Assembly: GCA_964455745.1 (NCBI GenBank)
Contig: CAYWBK010000002.1
Span: 1 to 46,875 of the forward strand
Direction: 5' to 3'
DNA: 46,875 nucleotides
From: an uncultured Armatimonadia bacterium
GTDB lineage: Bacteria; Armatimonadota; Zipacnadia; Zipacnadales; CAYWBK01
In this document: positions 15,983 through 23,322 of the stretch, piece by piece
How the letters are laid out: each line of letters starts with the position of its first letter
Position numbering within the stretch: position 1 is the first letter of the stretch
Program-made: the position numbers and the translations under genes
Notes under the pieces: model-generated
The model's input: only the letters and a program-made list of their open reading frames with translations
Told to the model about the DNA's origin: nothing
Databases searched by the model: none

Positions 15983-18037
15983 CTACCCGGTGTCCGAGAA
16001 GCCCCCCGCAGTGGCCTTCAGGAAGTAACACACCTTGTCATCGAAGTGCAGATGGCTCAGCTCTCGTGGCGGGGGAACGGGGGGAGGTCCCTCGATGATG
16101 ACCGGGCGGATGTAGTCGTCCCCCTTGTGCTCCAGGGCGTAGTGCCACTCCTTCTGCACCCACTCGGACTCCCTGGCCGCGGTAGACCAGAACAGGAACA
16201 TGACGTCGCTCTCGTCGATGTGACGCCACATCTCCTCCTCCCAGCGATCCGCTGGCTCCAGACTCAACACATCCTGCCAGAACTCGATCCCGGCCGGGGA
16301 CAGCATCCGAACGCAGCGGAGCACCTCCTCGCGATCTCTCGACGCGTATGAGATGAACGCAGTCTCGTAGCGTCGGGCCTGACCGACGGGGCCACGCCGG
16401 GCGGGAGGCACGACGCCATCGAGAGGGACCACGGTCAGCCTGAACCTCACCTCGCCGATCGGCACGGATTCCTGAGCGATGAGTACCGTCCCGATATGCG
16501 ACCCCACCCGGGCGTCAGGTGGCACATAGACATCGAAGCTGACCCACTCGACGTGGCCCCGCCACGTGACCTCCCTCACAGGCTGCGGAACGACCAGTTC
16601 GGGCAGGGCAACCTCGAACGCGAGCCTGACCCCTTGGCCGATCCTCGTCCCCAGGGATGTCGCCCCTCGACGCCCTGCCCCCTCATCGAACTCTCTGGCC
16701 TGATCCATCACCAGTTGAGGCAGCTCAGGTAGGTGTGCGTACACCTGGACCATGATGTGGTCCCCGGTTGGTGCCTGCGGCGGAGCGAGGACGGTGCAGT
16801 CGACGTCGTCTGCTGCGTCGTCCGCGGCGTCACCGCAGACTCCCCGTGTCTCGGCTCGTGGAAGGAGGAGCGTCTGATCGGCCCTCGTCTTCTCCCTGGC
16901 TCGGAACGGACCGTCAGAATCGACGATGATGTCTTCATCAGCCCCCTTCGTGACCGGGAACTGACGATCGGAATCGACCATGATGTCTTCATCCGCCCCC
17001 TCCGTGACCGGGAACGGACTGTCAGAATCGAGAGTCGGGCCAGGCCGAGGGCGAGTCATAGATACCGAGTGGAGACAGGTCCCCGTCTCGGCGTCCCACA
17101 CCCTCACTGTACAGTCATGCGAGCCCGAGACGATCCACCGGCCGTCTGGGGAGAACGCCACACTCCTGACGGCGTCCTCGTGCCCAGAGAGGCAGGCGAC
17201 TTGCTCCCTCGCCTCCGCATCCCACACCCGCACCGACCAGTCCTCAGATCCCGAGACGATTCGCCGACCATCCGGCGAGAAGGCCAGTTCCGTAACCGAC
17301 TCCACGTGCCCACGGAGGCAAGCGACCTTCTCCCAAGACGCCGCGTCGCACAACCACAGCGTCCCGTCCCCCTCCCCCGAGACCACCCACCGACCGCCCG
17401 GCGAGAAGGCCACCCACATGACTGGGGAGGGGCGGCCGTAGAGACAGGCAACCTCCCCCCTCGCCTCCACATCCCACACCCGCATCGTCAGATCGAGGGA
17501 GCCCGAGACGATCCACCGACCGTCCGGCGAGAGAGCCACACTCATGATGGCCGACGCGTGCCCGCGGAGGCAGGCGACCTCCTCCCACGACCCCGCGTCC
17601 CACAGCCTCACCGTATGGTCATGCGACCCCGAGACGACCAACCGACCGTCTGGGGAGAACGCCACGCTCGTGACGCCGTCGTCGTGCCCGCAGAGGCAGG
17701 CGACTTGCTTCCTCGTCTCCGGATCCCACACACGCACCGTCGCATCGCGGGAACTGGAAACGATCCACCGACCGTCCGGCGAGAAGGCCACGCCCGTGAC
17801 GGCCCTCGCGTGCCCGAAGAGGCACGCGACCTCTTCGCATGAACCCGCGTCCCACAGCCTCACCAGACCGTCCAGTTGCCCCGAGACCAACCACCGACCG
17901 TTCGGGGAGAATGCCACGGTCCATACCTGATCCACTTCAAGGCGATCCCGGTTCACGTCATCATCCTCCCGAGTGGCCGTGCCATCCCCGATCCGGATGG
18001 GCTGGCTGGCAGCCACTTGGCATAGGTGGCCATCCAC
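15983..18037 (-). CDS. WD40-repeat / beta-sandwich-like / C-terminal TIR-domain protein
   Basis: About eight WD40 blades (…VAFSPDGRWIVSGS.D.TVRVWD… repeated). A 19-aa tandem linker repeat follows (DSDxxFPVTxGADEDIxV). The C-terminus is YETAFISYASRDREEV...FLFWSTAARESEWVQKEW (TIR_2-like). The start is a GTG and is uncertain; another frame upstream (17953..18186) also looks protein-like. Confidence 0.65.
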   Translation of the reverse strand: MDGHLCQVAASQPIRIGDGTATREDDDVNRDRLEVDQVWTVAFSPNGRWLVSGQLDGLVRLWDAGSCEEVACLFGHARAVTGVAFSPDGRWIVSSSRDATVRVWDPETRKQVACLCGHDDGVTSVAFSPDGRLVVSGSHDHTVRLWDAGSWEEVACLRGHASAIMSVALSPDGRWIVSGSLDLTMRVWDVEARGEVACLYGRPSPVMWVAFSPGGRWVVSGEGDGTLWLCDAASWEKVACLRGHVESVTELAFSPDGRRIVSGSEDWSVRVWDAEAREQVACLSGHEDAVRSVAFSPDGRWIVSGSHDCTVRVWDAETGTCLHSVSMTRPRPGPTLDSDSPFPVTEGADEDIMVDSDRQFPVTKGADEDIIVDSDGPFRAREKTRADQTLLLPRAETRGVCGDAADDAADDVDCTVLAPPQAPTGDHIMVQVYAHLPELPQLVMDQAREFDEGAGRRGATSLGTRIGQGVRLAFEVALPELVVPQPVREVTWRGHVEWVSFDVYVPPDARVGSHIGTVLIAQESVPIGEVRFRLTVVPLDGVVPPARRGPVGQARRYETAFISYASRDREEVLRCVRMLSPAGIEFWQDVLSLEPADRWEEEMWRHIDESDVMFLFWSTAARESEWVQKEWHYALEHKGDDYIRPVIIEGPPPVPPPRELSHLHFDDKVCYFLKATAGGFSDTG

Positions 18038-18447
18038 GGCCCATTGTCCTTCACAACCACGAAGTCTACTCTGGGTCTCTCACCCTTACGCTTGTCCTCC
18101 TCAGCCTCCTCAGCAGCGATGTACGGCACCACGATGCACCTCTGCAGTTGGTCCGAGGAGACTGCCCAATGAGGTGGGGCAGGCACTATCTCTGGGAGGA
18201 GGTGCGTCCTCTGGCAACAGGTCTCGTGCTACGGCCACCCGGCGACCGCATGCACGGCCCCTCCGCGTCCGTGTACCGGCGTACGGTGCTGCTCTTGCAG
18301 GCTTCGCCGCCGTCCACGACCTGCTCCTCGCTGACGGCCACTGCGGCTGAACCCCTCCGGGTCCGCCTCTCCCGGGACCCCTGCACCAGCCGCACAGTGC
18401 GGCGATCGCGAAACTGCTTCCTACGCTTCCCTCGAGTGCTCCGGCCG

Positions 18448-18505
18448 CTCTCGCCCGGGAAGTCGAGGGCGGGCTCGGCGGGCAGCAGGTGCGGGCCGTG
18501 GCAGA
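18448..18505 (-). repeat. Copy C of the ~40-70 nt repeat (3' of the PD-(D/E)xK gene, 5' of WD40-TIR)
   Basis: CTCTCGCCCGGGAAGTCGAGGGCGGGCTCGGCGGGCAGCAGGTGCGGGCC aligns with copies A and B in the same orientation. Confidence 0.65.
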
Positions 18506-18545
18506 CCCCTACGCGTCGATGCGTTAGAGCTGTCGGCTGATGCGT

Positions 18546-19112
18546 CTAGGACACCGGCAGTAGGATGTACCGCAGGTTGGTTCCCAGCAGTTCATACCAC
18601 TGGAGCGTGTACTTTTCCCCGGTGAACTCGAGGAGCGGAAGCCCTCCCCACATCACGCCGCCAGTGATAGGAACGCCTTTACGGAAATGCCCGTAGATCG
18701 GGGCGGTCGCATACCCACCGCCCCAGAAGAGGGGGTCATCGGCGATCATCAGGAAGTGGGAAGTCCCGAATCCCCCTTCCATCACTAGTCGCTTGAGGAA
18801 GCGGATGTCCTCGCAGGCGTTGTACATCTGCCGGGGGTGCTGGCCGTTTCGCGGGAACTTGATCTCGATGCAGTGCTTCGTGCCGTCTGGGTCGCAGACG
18901 ATGATGTCTGCCTCTTTCTTTTCAAATGCTGTGGTGTCGCCGTCCACCAAGGCGTCGACGTGACGTTCGAGGTGGACCGTGTGGCCCGGCTCGAGTTCAG
19001 CACGCAGCAGGATTGCCAGCTCGAACTGCACGCTGGCCTCGTTGTAGATCTCGATCGCACCGCCACCCACATTGGTCAGGAACGACTCGATATGCGGGGC
19101 TATGTCGGTCAT
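18546..19112 (-). CDS. PD-(D/E)xK-like nuclease-fold protein, last gene of the Type I R-M operon
   Basis: ATG 19112 has GGGGAGG 7 nt upstream. The motif is EADIIVCDPDG...HCIEIKF (D...ExK). Confidence 0.45.
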   Translation of the reverse strand: MTDIAPHIESFLTNVGGGAIEIYNEASVQFELAILLRAELEPGHTVHLERHVDALVDGDTTAFEKKEADIIVCDPDGTKHCIEIKFPRNGQHPRQMYNACEDIRFLKRLVMEGGFGTSHFLMIADDPLFWGGGYATAPIYGHFRKGVPITGGVMWGGLPLLEFTGEKYTLQWYELLGTNLRYILLPVS

Positions 19113-19240
19113 CTCGTAGCCTCCCCTTATTCGGACTCGCATGTCCGTCCGCCGCCCTGCCTTCCTCACGCCTTCAACAGAAGCCTCCGAGTGCGGAACC
19201 GGCCCGGGGTCGCGGAGCTCCCGACCTCCGAGCCCTGATC

Positions 19241-20728
19241 CTACGCCTCCCCCAACCCATTCGCGATCTGTCTGAACTCGTCGAGTGCCGTCTCCAGGTC
19301 GTCGACGATCTCCTGAACCAGCACGTCGGGCTCGGGCAGGTTGTCGGATTCCTCCAGGCTCTCGTCCCGCAGCCAGAAGATGTCCAGGTTCAGCTTGTCA
19401 CGCTTGGCGAGCTCGTCATAGGTGAAGCACCGCCACCTACCCTCCGGCGTCTCTTCCGACCAGGTCGAGGTCCGCTCATGCCGGTTGTCGGTGTTGTAGC
19501 ACTCGACGAACCCGTCCAGATCAGCTCGCACCATCGGGCTCGTCTTCAGAGTGAAGTGCATGTTGGTCCGCAGGTCATAGACCCACAGCTTGCTGGTCGC
19601 TGGTTCCTCTCGAGCCGGGCGGGCGTCGAAGAACAGCACATTGGCCTTGACGCCTTGGGCATAGAAGATGCCGGTGGGCAGCCGCAGGAGTGTGTGGACG
19701 TCGCAGGCGTGCAGCAGGTTGCGGCGGACGGTCTCGCCAGCACCGCCCTCGAACAGCACGTTGTCGGGCACCACGATCGCACATCGCCCACTGGCCTTGA
19801 GGAGTGACCTGACGTGCTGCAGGAAATTGAGCTGCTTGTTCTTGGTCGTGGTCCAGAAATCGGTGCGTTCGTAGGACGTGTCCTCCCGGTCCAGGCCGCC
19901 CTCTTCGTTCACCACCGAGATGCTGCTCTTCTTGCCGAATGGCGGATTGGTCAGCACCATGCTGACACGCTCGCTCGGCTCCAGGGCGAGGCTGTCTCGG
20001 TACTCGATGGGGCACGGGTCAGCATTGATGCCATGCAGGTACAGGTTCATGATGCACAGGCGGGCCGTGTTCGGCACGATGTCGGTGCCCCTCACGAAGG
20101 CCTCCCGCAGGTGCCGCTTCTGGTCAGTGTCCAGGTCCCGGCCGTACTTGTCAGACACGTACCGGTGTGCCTCCAGTAGGAAGCCACCCGTCCCACAGGC
20201 TGGGTCAAAGACCGTGTCGTCAGGCTTGGGCCGCATGACTTCCACGATGGCCGAGATCAACTCGCGGGGGGTGAAGTACTGACCCGCCCCGCCCGCCACC
20301 TCGGTCATGGTTCGCTTGAGGAGGCCCTCGTAGATGTCGCCCTTCACGTCCGCCTGCATGGCGGACCAGCGTTCGACATCTATGAGCTCGGCGATGAGAC
20401 GCCGCAGGATGGAGGGGTTCTGTATCTCACACCTGGCTCGCCGGAACACCTCGCCGAGCATCCCCGTCTGCGTGCCGAGGTGCTCCAGGATGTGCCGGTA
20501 CTGGATCAGAAGATCCTCGCCATCCACAGCCAACAGGCTCTGCCAGTCGTACCCCGAGGGCACCATCGACGGGCGGCTGTAAGGAGGCTTCGTTTGCTCG
20601 TCCGCCATCTTCAGGAAGAGCAGAAAGGTGATCTGTTCCGTGTAGCCGAGATAGGAGAGCCCATCGTCTCTCAGGACGTGGGCGAAGCTCCAGGCCTTGT
20701 TGACGATCTGTTGGGTGTCGGTTGCCAT
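19241..20728 (-). CDS. hsdM: Type I restriction-modification methyltransferase subunit (HsdM, copy 1)
   Basis: HsdM_N-like N-terminus (KAWSFAHVLRDDG...ITFLLFLKMADE), motif I DPACGTGGFL and motif IV TNPPFG. Confidence 0.85.
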   Translation of the reverse strand: MATDTQQIVNKAWSFAHVLRDDGLSYLGYTEQITFLLFLKMADEQTKPPYSRPSMVPSGYDWQSLLAVDGEDLLIQYRHILEHLGTQTGMLGEVFRRARCEIQNPSILRRLIAELIDVERWSAMQADVKGDIYEGLLKRTMTEVAGGAGQYFTPRELISAIVEVMRPKPDDTVFDPACGTGGFLLEAHRYVSDKYGRDLDTDQKRHLREAFVRGTDIVPNTARLCIMNLYLHGINADPCPIEYRDSLALEPSERVSMVLTNPPFGKKSSISVVNEEGGLDREDTSYERTDFWTTTKNKQLNFLQHVRSLLKASGRCAIVVPDNVLFEGGAGETVRRNLLHACDVHTLLRLPTGIFYAQGVKANVLFFDARPAREEPATSKLWVYDLRTNMHFTLKTSPMVRADLDGFVECYNTDNRHERTSTWSEETPEGRWRCFTYDELAKRDKLNLDIFWLRDESLEESDNLPEPDVLVQEIVDDLETALDEFRQIANGLGEA

Positions 20729-20734
20729 ATTGGT

Positions 20735-21730
20735 TCAGCCCCAGACCCTTGCAGTGCTGCTGTCGTAGTAGTGTACCTGTACCGCGGGCCCACCGAACGC
20801 TTGTCGTTCGGCCGCGATCCGCTCGGCGGCCCCCCGGGTGGTTGCGTTACTTGGCGAGTCGGGATCCCCGTAGAGGCCAACGAACAGCCTATCGAGCCCT
20901 CTGGCCTCGGCGATGGCTGCACGGATATGGGCATCGGCGTCCGAGAGGGAGTGGCCGTAGATGACAAGCGTGCCGTCAGTGTTACGCAGAACCTGCATGC
21001 ACGTGCTCAGATACTCGCTGGCCGCGACCCTTGCGGCCTTCGCACCTGCACTGCCCTCGGAGACGAACAGGGGGACCTCGCCAGCAGCCAGCTCGGCTCG
21101 GATGCTTGTCAGCAGCGGATCCGTGCCGCATCGACGACGCTTCACGGTCCAATCGGCGCTCTCGTATAGGTGCAGAGCACCATGTAGATAGAACATCGTG
21201 GCAGTCGAGAGACCGGCTCGCGAAAAAGTCAACAGACCGGGGGCATCTCCCCAGTTCCCGAAGCTGTCCTCCCTCTGTGGGCCCACCTCGTTTAGCACCC
21301 AGTAGAGCAACAGGTCGTAGTTGGTCGTGAAGACTCTGCCGTAGGGCTCGACGAACGCAGCACAGATCTCCATCCGGTCATGGTCTATCGGGGCCCAAGT
21401 GTCCGGGTGTACCACCGTGAGTGCGGCGAGGAACGCCTCTCGTAGCTGGTCCACGCACTGCGAAACAAAGGGAAGCTGGACGCCGAAATGCTGGGCGAGC
21501 CACGCTGCTTCGTTGAACTCCTGCATCACGCCCTCAATGTTGGCCGTGCAGAGGTGGTCAAACACATCAACAAGCTGTTGGTCGATGGCACCGACCTGGG
21601 AGGCCACGTCTACCAGGCTGGTGTAACCGAACCGGGTATCGCAGGCGACGCTGAAACCGTTGCCCAGCAGGAGATGTGGGCAGGTGTTGCCTGCCTGCTG
21701 CATTACGCAGTCGTAGCTGATGACATCCAT
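20735..21730 (-). CDS. SIR2-superfamily-like protein (DUF4917-type) inserted between hsdS and hsdM
   Basis: ATG 21730 has GGGAGG upstream. Motifs are LLLGNGFS, FTTNYDLLLYW and YLHGALHL (the GxGxS / TTNYD / LHG pattern of SIR2-like proteins). Its stop lies 6 nt before the hsdM start. Confidence 0.5.
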   Translation of the reverse strand: MDVISYDCVMQQAGNTCPHLLLGNGFSVACDTRFGYTSLVDVASQVGAIDQQLVDVFDHLCTANIEGVMQEFNEAAWLAQHFGVQLPFVSQCVDQLREAFLAALTVVHPDTWAPIDHDRMEICAAFVEPYGRVFTTNYDLLLYWVLNEVGPQREDSFGNWGDAPGLLTFSRAGLSTATMFYLHGALHLYESADWTVKRRRCGTDPLLTSIRAELAAGEVPLFVSEGSAGAKAARVAASEYLSTCMQVLRNTDGTLVIYGHSLSDADAHIRAAIAEARGLDRLFVGLYGDPDSPSNATTRGAAERIAAERQAFGGPAVQVHYYDSSTARVWG

Positions 21731-21798
21731 TGCCTGGCCTCCCGACGGGATGCACTCTGGCACGTCAACCGGCTCTATCCCTACGGCTGCAACGTGGC

Positions 21799-23322
21799 TT
21801 AGGGACGCCTCTCCTCCCTGATCATCTCCAGCAGCACGCTGGCAGGCTCGTCGTTGGGGTCCTGAGGCACGAGGTTGCCCTCGAAAGCACGCTTCAGCAC
21901 CGCCTGCCGCAGGCGGGTGCAACGCGTCAGTCCGGCGTCAACCTGCCTCTCCATCGCGTCCAGCATGGAGAGCCGTCGCTCCACCTCGGCAACGATCTCG
22001 GTCTGCTCGGCGAGAGGGGGGAGTGGAACGGGCATTGGCCGGATGTCATCGAGGTTGAAGTTTGCTCTGGCGACATCCGCTTTGGTGTCTGTGATGTGCG
22101 ACTGGACTAACGGTGACAATATGAATGCCACCAAGAGGCGGTTGAGCATCCCTCCGCTCACCAACCTGATGATCGCGACGGCTTGGTTCAGGTTTGCTCC
22201 TGCGATTTCATCAGTGGCAACAGCAGACCGCCCAACGGACGCTCCCACGAGGTTCAGCAGAACATCCCCGGCCTCGATGATCGAGTTCCGGTGTGTCTCG
22301 TTGAACATGGGGGAGAGGAACGCCAACTCAGACAAGTCGAGGCTGCCCCACCGCACGTTCTGGCTACGCACGAAGGCAACGCCGTCGTCTGTGTACTCGT
22401 AGCCCTGCCAGTTGGGAGAGGTGCCCTTTGTCACCAGCGTCGTGAACTGCTCCACGCTCGCCCACGCCCAACCATCCGGCAACTCCGGCAGATCGCTCGT
22501 GTCCGGTGCGGCAGGAGACTTGTACTTCGCCTGCCAGCCCGCCGGGGGCTTCTGCCCCTTCTCGGCGAATCTGGCCAGTTGCTCCTCTTCCCACTTCCGG
22601 CGGCGTTCCTGCAGGGTGCGGTCCAGCAGCACCGACGCCGGTTCGGTGCCGGGGTGCTTGGCCCGCCACTCCTCGGTCAGCCTGCCCCCGGCCGCCGCCT
22701 TCAGCACCGAGGCCCGGTAACGCTTCAGGTTCGCCCGTACCCGCACCAACGCGGCAGTCGCGGCATCGAGCTTCGAGAACAGCTCGTCGAGCGTCGCCAC
22801 GATGCGGGCCTGCTCGTTGGGCGGCGGCACGGGGAATTCGACCTCGGAGAGTCTGCCCGCACCCAGATGGGCGATGTTGGTCGTGATCGTGCCGATCGCC
22901 CGGAAGCGGCCGCTGTGCATGTAGTACCGGAAGACGGCAAGGGCGTAGCTGGCCGATACACAGGGTCCAGCCCTGAAGCGGACGAGCGTGTTGGTGAAGC
23001 ACGCCCCTGGCACCTCATCGCGGTACATGGCCGGACGTCCGAGCAGTTCGGGGCTCTGCCCCTCATTGAGCAGGATGTCGCCTACCGCGAGCCGGTAGGT
23101 CTCGAACTCGGCGTCCGTGAAGTTCATCTGCATGACGTCCGAGGTATCGATCCGATCCTCGAACACGTTGGCAACCCGTAGGTACGGACGCATGTCCGGT
23201 CCCTCATGGTGCTTGGGGCTACGCTGCCGCCCGAGCTGGACCCGACCCACTTCGCCGATCGTGGACCAGCACCAACCCGGCGGCAACGCTCGAAGGCCAG
23301 TCGGGGAGCTACTATCGCTCAT
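21799..23322 (-). CDS. hsdS: Type I R-M specificity subunit (HsdS, copy 1)
   Basis: Two target-recognition-type halves are separated by a long helical spacer (…RIVATLDELFSKLDAATAAL… and …EQTEIVAEVERRLSMLDAME…). Its ATG overlaps the hsdR stop (ATGA). Confidence 0.8.
   Translation of the reverse strand: MSDSSSPTGLRALPPGWCWSTIGEVGRVQLGRQRSPKHHEGPDMRPYLRVANVFEDRIDTSDVMQMNFTDAEFETYRLAVGDILLNEGQSPELLGRPAMYRDEVPGACFTNTLVRFRAGPCVSASYALAVFRYYMHSGRFRAIGTITTNIAHLGAGRLSEVEFPVPPPNEQARIVATLDELFSKLDAATAALVRVRANLKRYRASVLKAAAGGRLTEEWRAKHPGTEPASVLLDRTLQERRRKWEEEQLARFAEKGQKPPAGWQAKYKSPAAPDTSDLPELPDGWAWASVEQFTTLVTKGTSPNWQGYEYTDDGVAFVRSQNVRWGSLDLSELAFLSPMFNETHRNSIIEAGDVLLNLVGASVGRSAVATDEIAGANLNQAVAIIRLVSGGMLNRLLVAFILSPLVQSHITDTKADVARANFNLDDIRPMPVPLPPLAEQTEIVAEVERRLSMLDAMERQVDAGLTRCTRLRQAVLKRAFEGNLVPQDPNDEPASVLLEMIREERRP

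Noticed and set aside
17953-18186. N-terminal extension of the WD40-TIR gene in another frame (…VDFVVVKDNGPWMATYAKW…)
   Set aside because: The translation looks protein-like, but I found no clean homopolymer or duplication that would explain a frame switch. Its own start is a GTG with no RBS. I left it as an uncertainty note on the CDS start.
13948-18505. Integron-like attC sites separating gene cassettes
   Set aside because: The repeats lack the imperfect internal palindrome of attC sites. No IntI-type integrase or attI is adjacent. One copy lies inside a coding region, which favours gene-tail relics.
17839-18540. Plus-strand 233-aa ORF near a GGGAGGAGGTG at 18194-18204
   Set aside because: The ORF starts at 17839, far upstream of that SD-like string. 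No start codon lies at SD distance downstream of the string. The translation is Pro/Arg/Ser-rich junk. The ORF overlaps the WD40-TIR 5' end and repeat copy C.
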